This document shows positions 47,433-62,497 of a stretch of DNA of 64,000 nucleotides, one piece after another. Each line of letters begins with the position of its first letter. The stretch's first letter is position 1. This DNA comes from Eledone cirrhosa (lineage: Eukaryota), in the NCBI GenBank assembly GCA_964016885.1, contig OZ024752.1, forward strand, positions 15,624,001-15,688,000, written 5' to 3'. Position numbers and translations under genes: made by a program. The notes below the pieces were generated by a model, which saw only the letters and a list, made by a program, of their open reading frames with translations, searched no databases and was not told the DNA's origin.

Positions 47433-47920
47433 AATATATATGATAAACACAGATACCAATTCTTTATTCATAGTAACACTGCTCCTTATGTTGAGCTAAC
47501 TTTAGCCCCATATAAACGGCTGTTATTTCTAGCAGCACGAGTATGCGGCAGCTAGAAACTGAAAAACCATGTGCGTTAATCAGTATTTTTAATTATTTTG
47601 AAGTGAAACGTACCAATTTTTCAGGGTACTTACTGAGGAGATCTGATTGTGGTATTTTTTCACCTTTTTCACTTTTTCATTTATCGAAACATATATGGAT
47701 TTTAAAGTTTAAACTTATCTACGGAACAGGTTTGATTTTGAAATTTAAATTTGTCTAAGTACCACAGCTATTTGCCAATATGGTTTGTTTTTATTGATTT
47801 ATTATTTTAAATCGAGACAAGCAAACTGTATTATTATAATTAGTATTTTTCACTCTAGCTAACTTAGTCATTTACAATACAAACACTGATATGTTGGTAT
47901 CTGTGTTTATCATAAATATA
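47433..47920. mobile_element. Short element with inverted terminal arm
   Basis: atgataaacacagataccaa / ttggtatctgtgtttatcat; weak CUGAGGA...CGAAAC at 47633-47690. Confidence 0.5.
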
Positions 47921-48097
47921 TATATATATATATATTCATATATATATACGTATATATATATAAATATAAATATATATAAATATAAATATACATATATTTT
48001 TAGGAACGATCGACTTTGTTGTCAAATCGGACCGAGGAAACAATGTTTCCGTTCGTCTTTCCAATTGCTAATACTATATATCGGTCGCAACTCCAGG

Positions 48098-48224
48098 TAG
48101 AAGGAGCAACGTGAAATAAAGTGTCTTGCTCAAGGACATAACGCATCGCCTGGTCCAGGAATCGAACTCACAACCTTACGATTGCGAATACAATTCTCTA
48201 ACCACTCAGCCACACGCCTTCACT
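48098..48224 (-). mobile_element. tRNA-derived SINE 5' part (family B, V-domain-like core)
   Basis: Minus strand: A-box tggctgagtgg, B-box gagttcgattcc, then tgtccttgagcaagacact. Confidence 0.8.
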
Positions 48225-48382
48225 GTGTAGCAACAAGGCGGTGCCCCAGCATGGACTCAGCCGGATGGCTGAAACAGGTAAAAGAGTAAAAGAGTATATA
48301 AATATATATATTTCTATACATATAAATATATATATATATCTACATATATATATATATATATATTTATATATATGTACATATA

Positions 48383-48518
<136 letters not shown>

Positions 48519-48614
48519 GATATATATATATTTATATGTACATATATATAAATATATATATATATATATGTAGATATATATATATATTTATATGTATGGA
48601 AATATATATATTTA

Positions 48615-49668
48615 TATACTCTTTTACTCTTTTACCTGTTTCAGCCATCCGGCTGAGTCCTTGCTGGGGCACCGCCCTTGTTGCTACACATTTTATCTCC
48701 AGCCTGTATAGGTTGGCCACTGGTGTAAGAGGGAGTTTGTTGGTGCTGCCCTTAGGTTTCCCTCGTGTCTTGCTGTGGGCTCATCCGGGATCCTGGACAA
48801 CAAGGCGTCGAGATGTTTCTTGAAGACATCCACCTCCACGTCATGCAAATCTCTCAGATCCCTCGGCAGCCTGTTGAAGAGTTGAGGGCCCTTGAATCCC
48901 AGGCTATTGCAATACCTGCTCCTTATTCTAGATGTGGAAGACTGGACATTTGGCACCACACAGTGACATCCTGTTCGACGGTTGGTCCAACTCCCAATGC
49001 CAAAGTTTGGTGCTAGTCCCTCCAGGATTTTCCACATGTAGATCACTGCGTATCTCTCCCGTCTTCGCTCCATGGAGTAGAGGTTCAGTTCCTTTAGCCT
49101 CTCCCAGTAGCTTGTCTCCCTCATTTTGGCAATCCTCTTGCTGTAGCTTCGCTGGATTGCCTCAAGCTCCGTGGTTAGTTTGACACTATGGGGTGACCAC
49201 AACTGGGAGCAGTAGTCCAGGCGGCTTAGGACAAATATCCTCTATAGTGTCAACATGGTGTCTCGATCTCTTGTCCGGAAAGTCCTCAAGATCCAGCCAG
49301 CGAATCGTCTGCACATTGTCTCCACTCATGATGTGTGAACAAAAAGATGCATCATCCCTCATGTCTATGCCCAGGTCTCGTATCGATTTTGACATGGGGA
49401 TATCGGTCCCTCCTCGTCCTGTGTAGTTGTGTTCCACTATATTTGTGTGTGCAGGTTTGTTTGGAGGTTTGTATTGTAGGGCTTGGAATTTGCCAGCATT
49501 AAACTGCATGTTGTTTTCTTCTGCCGATTTGTATATGGCATCCAGATCCTGCTGTAGAAGGGCAGAGTCAGCCAGGTTTTTGATTGCCTGTGCTACCTTA
49601 GAGTTATCAGCATAGCTAGTGGGGGATATTGTGGTATGTACTACAGAGGGCATGTCTGAGAGAGCCAC
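48615..49668 (-). mobile_element. CR1-group LINE 3' portion
   Basis: SYADNSK, DLDAIY...NNMQFN, DLGI, WSPH...LEAIQR, YWERLKELNLYSMERRR; tail (TAAAAGAG)2. Confidence 0.9.
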
Positions 49669-49681
49669 CATATATATATAT

Positions 49682-49724
<43 letters not shown>

Positions 49725-50062
49725 TATGTATATATATATTTATATTTATATATATGTATATATATATGTATATATATATGTACGTCAATAGTCATCGTTT
49801 TCGATTTTTCCGAGCTTTTTAACCCCACTATCAGGCTAAATAATTTCTTTAATTTCTTTAGTCAAAATACGGCGAAAGCTTACATTTCTAATAATTTCAA
49901 ACCCACTTGCTGTTTCGAAAATATTCATATATATATATATATATATTTCTAATTATATATATATATGTATATGTATATATATACATTGTTATACATCCCA
50001 AAACTAATTCATCGCCGTTATATATATGTATATATATATGTATATGTATATATATATTTATT

Positions 50063-50145
<83 letters not shown>

Positions 50146-50189
50146 GTATATATACATATATATTTATATATATATATATTGTATATATG

Positions 50190-50224
<35 letters not shown>

Positions 50225-50340
50225 ATATATTTATTTATATATATATGTATATATATATACATTGTTATACCTCGCAAAACTAATTCATCGCCGTTATATA
50301 TATGTATATATATATATGTATATATATGTATATATATATT

Positions 50341-50398
<58 letters not shown>

Positions 50399-50482
50399 TA
50401 TTTATATATATATATGTATATTTATATATATATATATTTAAATATATATATATGTATATATATATTTATATATATATATATT

Positions 50483-50513
<31 letters not shown>

Positions 50514-50573
50514 TTATATATATATATATTTATTTATATATATATATATGTGTATATTTATATATATATATAT

Positions 50574-50786
50574 ATTTATTAAAATAACAGATTAAAGCTT
50601 AAGCAAAGAATCGCTGCTTTCACTCTTAACGGGATCTTCTGAAACTTTCAGAAGATCAAGTTAAGGGTGAAACTTTAATCTGTTATTTTAATAAATATTT
50701 GCTCTACGGTTCTTATATATTTGATATATATTTATCCTTATCGAGCCCTCTTTGGATTCTAGTCTTCAAATTTATTATTATTACTA
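50574..50786. mobile_element. Asymmetric fold-back of a pLTR-like terminus
   Basis: Arms pivot at 50645; the right arm extends ~90 bp further; same family at 35600 and 62681. Confidence 0.8.
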
Positions 50787-50795
50787 TATATATAT

Positions 50796-50894
<99 letters not shown>

Positions 50895-51307
50895 TATATA
50901 TATGTATATATATATATATGTATACATATATATATATTTATATATATATATATGTTTATATATATATATATGTTTATATATATGTATATATATATATATA
51001 TATGTGTGTGTATATATATATGTATATATATATATATTTATATGCATATATATATATGTATATATATGCATATATATGTATATATGTATATATATATATG
51101 TATTTATATATATATGTATATACATGTACATATATATATATATTTATATTTATATATATATTTATATTTATATATATATCTATATGTATATATATTTATA
51201 TTTATAGATATATATGTATATGTATATGTTTATATGTATATATGTATATGTATATATATATATGTATATATATATGTATATGTATATATGTTTATGTATA
51301 TATGTAT

Positions 51308-52205
51308 ATTGTTATAATTTGGGAGGGTCATGTTGCCAATAAGAAACACACGCACCAGTTGCTTTCACTTCAATTTATTATATATTTATAAATTTATAAA
51401 TTTACAAATCTACAAATTTATAAATTTCTGGTTGGTTGGTTGGTTCCACAACCAGATAGTTGTTTATATATATAGTCATAGTCCTTTCGTCACACACTCT
51501 GTGACCTCTTCAGTGACTGGGGATTCCTTTCTTTGTTTCTGTGCCTTTCCTTTCTTCTGTCCTACGCCATTTTGTTTCTGTGTGTGTGTTGTGTGCTCAG
51601 TTTGCGCATGCGCCACATCCGGGTGTATGTGTGTGTTTGTGTTCATTTATTTATTTGTTTATTTATTTACATGTTATTGGTTGGTTGTTTGTTCTATGTG
51701 TGTGTGTGTTTTCATTTTGTCCTTAATTGTAAGTTGTGATGTTGCTGTTCCACTCATATTTTCTATTTAATTTTGGTTGTAATTCTTTTATGTTTATTGC
51801 CTCTGTAATTTGTCTAAACATTGCATCTTTTCTGTGTGTAGATTCTATTTTTATTTCTATGTTCTCTAATTTACCCTTGTGTTCTATCTTATCATGTTGG
51901 TAGAGTACAAATGATTCTTTATTATCTTGAAGATCTCGCCAGTGTTCATTTATCCGTTCCCCTATACTACGAGCTGTTTCACCTATGTACGCTATATTTT
52001 TGTTTCTACATTGTCCTTCAGTACATCTTATGCTATACACTACATTTCTAGTTTTACAGTTAATATGGGGGCTTATTTTAAAGGTTATACATTTCTTATC
52101 TATACATGAGGGTCTTTGGAACGGGTATGTCTTGCTAATAATTGTTTTTACGGAGGTATCTGGTCTTTCTACTCTCTTAATATAGTAGAAAGACCAGGTA
52201 CCTCC
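51308..52205 (-). mobile_element. PLE 3' fragment (GIY-YIG + pLTR), related to 15084-17733
   Basis: ORF 51723-52040 YSIRCTEG...YIGETARSIGERINEH...LNRKYEW; shared terminus gttata.tttgggagggtcat. Confidence 0.9.
51474..51518 (-). ncRNA. Minimal type I hammerhead ribozyme
   Basis: aguca CUGAAGA g gucaca gagug ugugac GAAA ggac UA ugacu. Confidence 0.8.
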
Positions 52206-52573
52206 GGTATATCCTTTCCTTATGCATATTAACGGCTGAGCAGCCTAATTTGCATAGCGAGGGAGTTAGTCGGCCGGGCAAACCCGAAAACGACAAACGT
52301 TCCGAAAACGGCAAACTGAACATTATAATAAATGTTCGGTAAACCCATACGTACATATATATGTGTGTGCATGGATGTATGTATATGCATACTACTTGAC
52401 GTCTGTATAGATATATGTATGTACGTATACATTCTTATATTTATATATATATATATGAATGTATATGTATATATATGTATGTATATGTATATATATATAT
52501 GTATGTATATGTATATATATATGTATGTATATGTATATATATATATGTATGTATATGTATATATATATGTATG

Positions 52574-52631
<58 letters not shown>

Positions 52632-52706
52632 AGTATATATATAGATATTTGTATATACATATATACATATATGCATACATATATATATATATATGTATAC
52701 ACATAT

Positions 52707-52741
<35 letters not shown>

Positions 52742-52862
52742 AGTATATATGTATATATATATATATAAGTATATATATATATATATGTATATACATGTAT
52801 ATATATATATATATATAAGTATATACATATATATATAAGTATATATATATATATATATGTAT

Positions 52863-52894
<32 letters not shown>

Positions 52895-53274
52895 AAGTAT
52901 ATATATATATATATATATGTATATACATATATACATACATATATATATATAAGTATATATATATATATGTATATACATATATACATACATATATATATAA
53001 GTATATATATATATATATGTATATACATATATACATACATATATATATAAGTATATATATATATATATGTATATACATATATACATACATATATATATAT
53101 GTATATATATATGTATATACATATATACATACATATATATATATGTATATATATATATATGTATATACATATACACATACATATATATATACATATATAC
53201 CTACATATATATATACGTATATACATATATACATACGTATATACATATATACATGCATATATATATATATATAT

Positions 53275-53327
<53 letters not shown>

Positions 53328-53468
53328 CATATATATATATATATATACATACATATATATATATATATATACATATATATATACATATATATATATATAT
53401 ACATACATATATATATATATATACATACATATATATATATATACATACATATATATATATATATGTAC

Positions 53469-53521
<53 letters not shown>

Positions 53522-53673
53522 CATATATATGTATATACATATATATATATGTATATACATATATATATATGTATATACATATATATATACACATATATAC
53601 ATAAATATATATATATATACATATATAAATGATATATAAATATATATATAAATATATTTATATACATGTATAA

Positions 53674-53716
<43 letters not shown>

Positions 53717-53717
<1 letters not shown>

Positions 53718-56700
53718 TAGAAAGTGAGGTTTTTTTTACAAATTGAAAAATAACCGAGGTGTCCTACACGAGTGAAAGTATAAAGAAAAAGAGATGAAAT
53801 GGAAAATGCAACTGGAGTCTTATTTTTAAAAAATATATATATATTTATTTGGTTCCTTTACCGGTTTCGCAGTTCTTCTGCTTTTCAAAAGGTGAGTTGA
53901 GATGGAGGTTCTGTGGTTTTTCTCACATCTGATTGGTCTCTGAATGTTACTTGTTTTATATGGAAAAAGTGGCTCGAAATGCCAGGTTTTTCGAGAAGTA
54001 ATTTGATTGGTTTGTCAATAATTATAATAAATTTAGCGCCAGTTCGCGTTACAATAGTCCTTCAAATAAGAGGGGGGGTTGTCACAGGTTATCTTTTCAT
54101 ATATGAGTGTTTGAATTTCTGTTTACTTGAAAAAAGGGGCTCACGAAGGCTTTTTTTTGGTTGGTTATAAATGAAATTATGGCAGTCACGTGAACAAGTT
54201 TTCATTAAATATTCGTGCCCTTATTTGGAAATCCATTCTGTAGCCTTTTTAGAGAATTTTATGATAAGTGAAAGATAATGGTCAAGAGAAAGGGATGGGA
54301 GAATTGTTCTGGTTCAGTGAATATGGTTAGTTCGCTGGGGTGTCGGAAATCAGATTTTCTATTGAATTTAGAAAGTAAAGATATGTATGTTTATTTGCGT
54401 GCTTGTGTGTATGTGTGTGTGTTGTGTGTGTGTGTTTGAATTTCTTTACTTTAAAAAAAGGTGGCTCACGAAGGCATTTTTTAATAAACGTAATTTGATT
54501 GGTATAAATGAAATTTGGCTGGCACGTGAACAAGTTTTCATTACATTTTCGCGCCCTTATTTGGAAATCTATTCTGTAGCCTTTATAGAGAATGTTATGA
54601 CAAGGGAAAGATAGTGGTCAAGAGAAATGGGATTGGGAGAATTGTTCTGGTTCAGTGAATATGGTTAGTTCGCTGGGGTGTCAGAGTTCAGATTTTCTAT
54701 TGAAGTAAAGATATGTATGTTTATTTGTGTGGTTGTGTGTGTGTGTATGTGTGTATTGGAAGATGATTCTATTAGTAGAAATGGGGGAGGGCGTTGTGTG
54801 TGTGTGTGTATATGGGTGTTATGTGCGTGTGTGCGAGTATGTTAAGTTTGAGAGAATATATATTTTGTGTGTGTGTATATATGTGTGTAGGAAAGTGGTT
54901 CTATTAGTAGAAATTGGGGGGAGGGAGATGTGGGTGTGCGGGTTCTGTGTGTGTATGGGTGTTATGTGTGTGGGAGTATGGTTAGCATGTTAAGATGAAG
55001 AGAATATATATATATATTGTGTGTGTGTGTGTGTGTGTGTAGGAAAATGATTCCTTTAGTAGGAATATTTTTGAATGAACATATTTTCCTTACTTATTCG
55101 TATTTGTTCTGTTGTATTGTCAGTGCAAACGTATGTTAAGGTTTATTTAGTTCAGGTTTTTATTTTCTAAAGTAGGTGTTATGTGTGTGTATGTCATATT
55201 ATGGTGTTGACATAATGTATATTAAACCATATTTAATGCTGGTCTATATTTTTGAATAAACATATTTTCCTTATTTATTCGTATTTGTTCTGTTGTATTG
55301 TTAGCGCAAAGGTTAAATGGGAAGACTTGGAATTTGGGTGTCTTATTACTTGCGCAAATGTCTAGATGTGCACTTAGTGGTATCTGTCTCGTGGTTGGAT
55401 CTCGTAACTGTCATTCTGTTTCTGAGTGTGAGTTTAGTTTGTACTATATAATCTTCATTGCATCCTTTACATTTAATGGCATGAAGTAGATTTTTTGATG
55501 AGCAAGTGAAGTGAATTTTTACAGTAAAATGTTGTCCTGATTTAAATGTATACGTGTTGCCTTCAATGAGGTGAGTGCAGGTTCCACAATTAGAGCGACC
55601 ACATTTTTTGATACTTGGTTGTGGGTTTCTGGTAGGTAATTTGGCATTGGTGAGTAATGTTTTCAGTGATTTTGGTTGTCTTTTGCTTTTGATTATTTTG
55701 TGTGTTTCAAGGGCTTTTTTCATTCTTGGGTTTTGTTTTAGTAGTGGGATGTTCTTGTGAATAGTGTTGTAAGCTTCCGCATTTCTTGGGTTGTGTGTTG
55801 AGATATATGATAGAATATTGGACGTACCTTGAATTTGTTTCTGTTTCCGTAATTCATCAATGCCTATTGCTTTAGCCCTTTCTATTCCATTATTTATTAG
55901 TAATAGTGGGTACTCTCTCTCTAGTAGAATTTCCCTTAATTCTTGAAGTCCTTTATTTCGCGTTTCATAATTGGAGACAATTGTGCAAATTCTTCTTGCT
56001 AGGTTAAAAGGAATGTTCGTCTTCGTGTGCTTTGGATGGTTAGAGGTGAATAGCAGATATTGTTTGGAATCTGTTGGTTTGTAGTGTATGTCAGTTTCGA
56101 TATTTATGTCTTTTTTTAAGATTAAGATGTCCAGAAATGGGAGTTGATCTTGGCTGTATTCCATTGTGAATCGGATGTGGTTATTGATGCCGTTTATTAA
56201 GTTTTTGAAATCCTTCAGTTGGTCGAGTGTGTGGGACCAAAGAATGAGGCAATCATCCAAGTAGCGTTTCCAATTCTCTGATAAATATTTGTGGAAGTTC
56301 AATCCGTATTTTGATTTGGACTGTTCATATATCTGGACTTCTAAGTATGCCATGACTAAGTTGGCATAAGTTGGAGCGGCTTTTGTACCCATCGCAGTCC
56401 CCGATATTTGCTTGTAAGTATTGCCATCAAAATCAAAAAAGTTGTTCTGTAAGATGAATTTTAATCCCTCGGTGATGAAGCTTTTTTCTATTCTGTCAGG
56501 TATCTCATTAGGATATTTCTCTATCCAGAATCCTATTGCTTCTAGTCCGTATTGGTGTGGGATCGTTGTGTAGAGATTCACTACATCGACAGACACAATA
56601 ATAGTGTCGTTGTTGACATGTTTGGGGAGGTGGTTTAAGAGGCCCAGATCGTCTCTTACAAGGCTTGGTATGTGTTTCAGAATTGGTTTCAGTAGTATGT

Positions 56701-58240
56701 CTATAAAGTTGCTCAGTCTGCGTGTTTCACATTGTGGGCCCGCTACAATTGGTCTTAATTTAAGGTCTGTGGGGTATTGTGTGTTCACGCAGGCTGAGGT
56801 GGATTGTTTACAGGCATCGTTGATTATTTTACACTTGTGGATCTTCGGAAGTCCGTAAAGGTTGCTAGTTTTGTATTCAAAATTTGTTAAATAATCGCGT
56901 TCCTTTTTAGTTAGGTCTTCCTGGTATCGATAAATCAGTGTGTTTAATCTGGTAATTATTTTTGATTGCTGGTAGTTTTTTACTCTTTCATAGTAATTAG
57001 TATTTTGTAAGAGAGAGAACATTGAATTTTTATATTTTTCAGCCTCCATAATGACAACAGTACTTCCCTTGTCCGCTTCCTTAATTATAATGTCCGTAGT
57101 GTTTTTTGTTCATGGATAATCTCCCATTCCCTTCGACTCGTGTTGGGTTTGGATTTAGGTTGCGGTAGTTCATGGTATGGGAAGGTAGCTATGTGGTCAC
57201 AAAATTTGTCCAGAACTCTGTTTCTACCTTTTGTTGGGTTGTAGCTGCTTTTATTCCGTACAATTGATTCGTCGTTATTCTCCTTGTCAAAGAATTCCTC
57301 TGTGAGACGTAATTTTCTACAGAAGTGTGAGATATCGTCATTTATCTCATTGGGGTTAGAGTATTGTGGTGTTGGTGTGAATTTCAGTCCTTTGGAGAGA
57401 ATTGTTACTTGTTGGGCTGAGAGGTTTGTATTTGAAAGGTTAATTATTTTCGGTTTTTCAAAATCGGTTTGTGCCACCGGGTGTCGTGAGACCTGTAGCC
57501 TTGGTCTAAAAAATGATTTTTCTGGAATGTTTTTTCAATGGTATTATTATATCTAATGGTATTTCCCCTGTTGTTGTGTGGTCTTGTATAGAAGTTTCGG
57601 ACGTATTGAGGTTCGGTTTGTTGATAGTCCGGGTTGTAGATTTTGTTCCTTTGTGTGGGATGGGATCTACGGTTTTGGAACAGGCTCTGTGTGGGCAGGG
57701 GTCTACGGTTTTGGAATAGGTTTTGTGTGGGTTGTGATCTGCGGATCAGCTTCTGCCTTGTGTTCGGGGATCTTTGGTTTTTGTTAGTAGGGTTATAGTT
57801 TTGTCTATGGTTTCTGGGATTATCGTTATAGTTTTGCTGGGCGTATGTTGGACGTTTTGTTACTTTTTTTGTTATTTGTTGTGCATGTGGTGTGTGAGTT
57901 TTAGTTTGTTTTAAAAATGGGTTACCTGTATGTTGTTCATTTTTGAAGTCCATTTCCTAGTTGTTGAACCAGGTGGCGTTTTTTTCCCATCGCTGGAGGG
58001 ATGGTAGTTCTTCATCCTCACAGTTTTCTTTCCAAAGTTTTAGGGATTTTTTGTAGAGTAGGACTTCAGAGTACTTTGAGATTTCTGAGTCCATCTGATG
58101 GTCGAGTGACTTGAATTTTTCTTCGTTGGAGTTGGCTCTTAATCGCAACAATTCTATTTCTGTTTTAAATTTTTCCAACGCCATCTTTTCCTTAAGTCTT
58201 TGTTGGTTTTCTGGTTCATTCGGGATGGGTTTTATTTGGT
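53717..58240 (-). mobile_element. Neptune-like PLE, near full length and disrupted
   Basis: INLSNTNLS...KGLKFTPTP, KEADKG, LYGLPKIHK, RPIV, DVVNLYTTIP, QISGTAMG, RYLDD, LPFLD, CGRSNCGTC linker, decayed GIY-YIG; degenerate HHR at 53855-53892; internal duplications in 54115-55310. Confidence 0.92.
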
Positions 58241-58306
58241 ATATATATATATACATATATACATATATATATATACATATATATATACATATATATATAT
58301 ACATAT

Positions 58307-58353
<47 letters not shown>

Positions 58354-58364
58354 CATACGTATAT

Positions 58365-58407
<43 letters not shown>

Positions 58408-58408
58408 C

Positions 58409-58444
<36 letters not shown>

Positions 58445-58819
58445 GTATATACATATGGTGGCTGCCAACTCGTTTTCGAGTACGGCCACTACTTTATATC
58501 CATGTATGAGAACACCTACCGATGCGCTGAACGAGTGTGACTTTTTAGTCCAGCCAGCGACTTGAAAACTCTGGTACAAACACTATACTTGTGACAATCA
58601 TTGACACATAGTGCTGGGTCCATGGTACCATGTGATGACAAGTGCAGAGAGATCTCCAGATATAAAGCAATGCCTGTGCCGTGAAGCTTTTATAGTGAGT
58701 AAAGGCACTGCACAAAGCCAGTCCCACTCTCTTAACCAAGAGAGTGAACAAAAAGAAGAGTGAACCAAGAGAGTGAACAAAAAGAAGAACAAGTCAACAT
58801 CATTGGATACCATCAGGGT

Positions 58820-58900
58820 TGCAGGTGTTATATCAGAGTTTTCCTTCTCCTAGAATTCTGCCTTGACAAAGGCTAACGGGTCATCTCTCCCAGTGATTTT
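58820..58900 (-). mobile_element. Possible RTE-type UTR remnant
   Basis: Minus strand ctaggagaaggaaaactctga resembles a motif recalled from RTE UTRs; not verified. Confidence 0.3.
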
Positions 58901-59480
58901 GGATGGCCATTGACTCTTAAGAGCTCCTTTGCCCTTTGTATATACATATATATACATACATATATATGTATATACATATATACATACATATATATACATA
59001 TATGTATGTATATACACATATACAAACATATATATATATATATATATGTATATACATATATACATAGATATATATATACATATATATATATATATATGTA
59101 TATACATATATACATACATATATATATATATGTATATACATATATACATACATATATATATATATGTATATACATATATACATACATATATATATATATG
59201 TATATACATATATCCATACATATATATATATATATGTATATACATATATACATACATATATAAATGTATATACATATATAAATACATATATATATATATA
59301 TGTATATACATATATCCATACATATATATATATGTATATACATATATATATATGCATACATATATATATATATGCATATACATATATATATATATATCTA
59401 TATATAGATATATATATATATGCATATACATATATATATATATCTATATATGCATATACATATATATCTATATCTATATA

Positions 59481-59544
<64 letters not shown>

Positions 59545-59547
59545 TAT

Positions 59548-59932
59548 ATTTCGTTTCTGAATTTGTTTCGCAAGATTCTTTATCTGAAACCGTGTGTTGA
59601 AACCGATATTGTTATACTTTGGGAGGGTCATGTTGCCAATAAGAAACACACGCACCAGTTGCTTTCACTTCAATTTAATTTATTATATATTTATAAATTT
59701 ACAAATTTATAAATTTCTGGTTGGTTGGTTGTCCAGAAGAGGTCACAGAGTGTGTGACGAAAGAACTATGACTATATATATATAAACAACTATCTGGTTG
59801 TGGAACCAACCAACCAACCAGAAATTTATAAATTTGTAAATTTATAAATATATAATAAATTAAATTGAAGTGAAAGCAACTGGTGCGTGTGTTTCTTATT
59901 GGCAACATGACCCTCCCAAAGTATAACAATAT
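59548..59932. mobile_element. Asymmetric fold-back of the pLTR of the 51308 family
   Basis: 59606-59730 is inverted relative to 59810-59932; truncated HHR at 59733-59775; ~60-bp extra tail at 59548-59607. Confidence 0.85.
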
Positions 59933-59959
59933 ATGCATATATATATATATATATATATA

Positions 59960-60109
<150 letters not shown>

Positions 60110-60131
60110 TATATATATATATATATATATA

Positions 60132-60215
<84 letters not shown>

Positions 60216-60267
60216 TATATATATATATGCATATATATATATATGCATATATATATATATATGCATA

Positions 60268-60313
<46 letters not shown>

Positions 60314-60835
60314 TATATATATATATATATATATATATGCATATATATATATATATATTTATATATAAAAACAAATGACGAAACGAAATTAAATTTCGTT
60401 TCGTTTGTAACTCACTTTTGTATGACTGACGCTTAAACAATTAAGTTAAAAAAATTACATCTACATATGCATACTGAAATACTAGTGTGTATATGAATAC
60501 ACACACGTATACATATGTATATGTAACAAGTCTTTCACTGGTTGCTTTACTGTGAGCACCCAGCTATTCTGTATGTAAACACACAGACAAACCGGTTTTT
60601 AGAGTCATACTGGTTTTTGAGGGAACATCTTAATTGTTTAAGCGTCAGTCATACAAAAGTGAGTTACCAACGAAACGACATTTAATTTCGTTTCGTCATT
60701 TGTTTTTATCGTCTCCGCTGAACCGGTGCGTACTCACACTCTATGCAAATTAGTCTGCCCACTACTAATTTTCATAGAAAAAGCATATAACGATATGTGC
60801 TTTTACAATTCTCCAGAAGTGCCGGTAGATAGGTA

Positions 60836-60880
60836 AATATTGCTGATGAGTTGTAACAACAACGAAACTAGTTCAATATT
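60836..60880 (+). ncRNA. Minimal type I hammerhead ribozyme, unit 1
   Basis: aauauug CUGAUGA guug uaacaa caac GAAAC ua GUU caauauu; palindromic aacuaguu. Confidence 0.9.
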
Positions 60881-61304
60881 CCTTGTCTGGCTTTCTGGAG
60901 AATAGAGGGAAGGTGTTCCCTCAAAAACCAGTATGACTCTAAAAACCGGTTTGTCTGTGTGTTTACATACAGAATAGCTGGGTGCTCACAGTAAAGCAAC
61001 CAGTGAAAGACTTGTTACATATACATATGTATACGTGTGTGTATTCATATACACACTAGTATTTCAGTATGCATATGTAGATGTAAAATTTTTTCAACTT
61101 AATTGTTTAAGCGTCAGTCATACAAAAGTGAGTTACAAACGAAACGAAATTTAATTTCGTTTCGTCATTTGTTTTTATCGTCTCCGCTGAACCGGTGCGT
61201 ACTCACACTCTATGCAAATTAGTCTGCCCACTACTAATTTTCATAGAAAAAGCATATAACGTTATGTGCTTTTACAATTCTCCAGAAGTGCCGGTAGATA
61301 GGTA

Positions 61305-61349
61305 AATATTGCTGATGAGTTGTAACAACAACGAAACTAGTTCAATATT
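61305..61349 (+). ncRNA. Minimal type I hammerhead ribozyme, unit 2
   Basis: Identical to unit 1. Confidence 0.9.
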
Positions 61350-61771
61350 CCTTGTCTGGCTTTCTGGAGAATAGAGGGAAGGTGTTCCCTCAAAAACCAG
61401 TATGACTCTAAAAACCGGTTTGTCTGTGTGTTTACATACAGAATAGCTGGGTGCTCACAGTAAAGCAACAAGTGAAATACTTGTTACATATACATATGTA
61501 TACGTGTGTGTATTCATATACACACTAGTATTTCAGTATGCATATGTAGATGTAATTTTTTTAACTTAATTGTTTAAGCGTCAGTCATACAAAAGTGAGT
61601 TACAAACGAAACGAAATTTAATTTCGTTTCGTCATTTGTTTTTATTGTCTCCGCTGAACCGGTGCGTACTCACACTCTATGCAAATTAGTCTGCCCACTA
61701 CTAATTTTCATAGAAAATGCATATAACGATATGTGCTTTTACAATTCTCCAGAAGTGCCGGTAGATAGGTA

Positions 61772-61816
61772 AATATTGCTGATGAGTTGTAACAACAACG
61801 AAACTAGTTCAATATT
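61772..61816 (+). ncRNA. Minimal type I hammerhead ribozyme, unit 3
   Basis: Identical to unit 1. Confidence 0.9.
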
Positions 61817-62118
61817 CCTTGTCTGGCTTTCTGGAGAATAGAGGGAAGGTGTTCCCTCAAAAACCAGTATGACTCTAAAAACCGGTTTGTCTGTGTGTTT
61901 ACATACAGAATAGCTGGGTGCTCACAGTAAAGCAACCAGTGAAAGACTTGTTACATATACATATGTATACGTGTGTGTATTCATATACACACTAGTATTT
62001 CAGTATGCATATGTAGATGTAATTTTTTAACTTAATTTTTTTTAACTTAATTATTTATATATATATATATCTATATATGCATATACATATATATATCTAT
62101 ATATATATCTATATATGG

Positions 62119-62163
<45 letters not shown>

Positions 62164-62361
62164 TATATATGTATGCATATATATATATATATGTATATAC
62201 ATATATATATGTTGCCTGGTTGCCTAAACACTGTACGGCGTAATTCGGGCTGATTGTTTACAAACAAATAGGGCATTATAATAAATGTTCGGTAAACCGA
62301 TACGTGCATATATATATGTGAGCATATATGTATATATATACATACTACTGTATTTATATAA

Positions 62362-62497
62362 ATGTGAGAAAAACCACAGACCCTGCATCTGAATTCTAGT
62401 TTTGAAAAACAGAACTGCGAAGCCGGTAAAGTAACCAAATAAATATATATTTACAAAAAAAAAGACTCCAGTTGCATTTTCGATTTCATCTCTTTTC

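Larger units (their letters stand above)
60365..62037 (+). mobile_element. Retrozyme-like array: 3 x ~468-bp ORF-less units plus a ~260-bp inverted arm
   Basis: agcgtcagtc at 60641, 61110 and 61577; one HHR per unit; 60365-60627 is the reverse complement of a stretch spanning the unit junction; (AT)n flanks. Confidence 0.92.

Noticed and set aside
48150-48224. tRNA gene
   Set aside because: A/B boxes run into a SINE core and no proper acceptor stem is evident
60629-62037. CRISPR array or plain satellite
   Set aside because: No short repeat/unique spacer pattern; whole units repeat and carry an HHR plus an inverted arm
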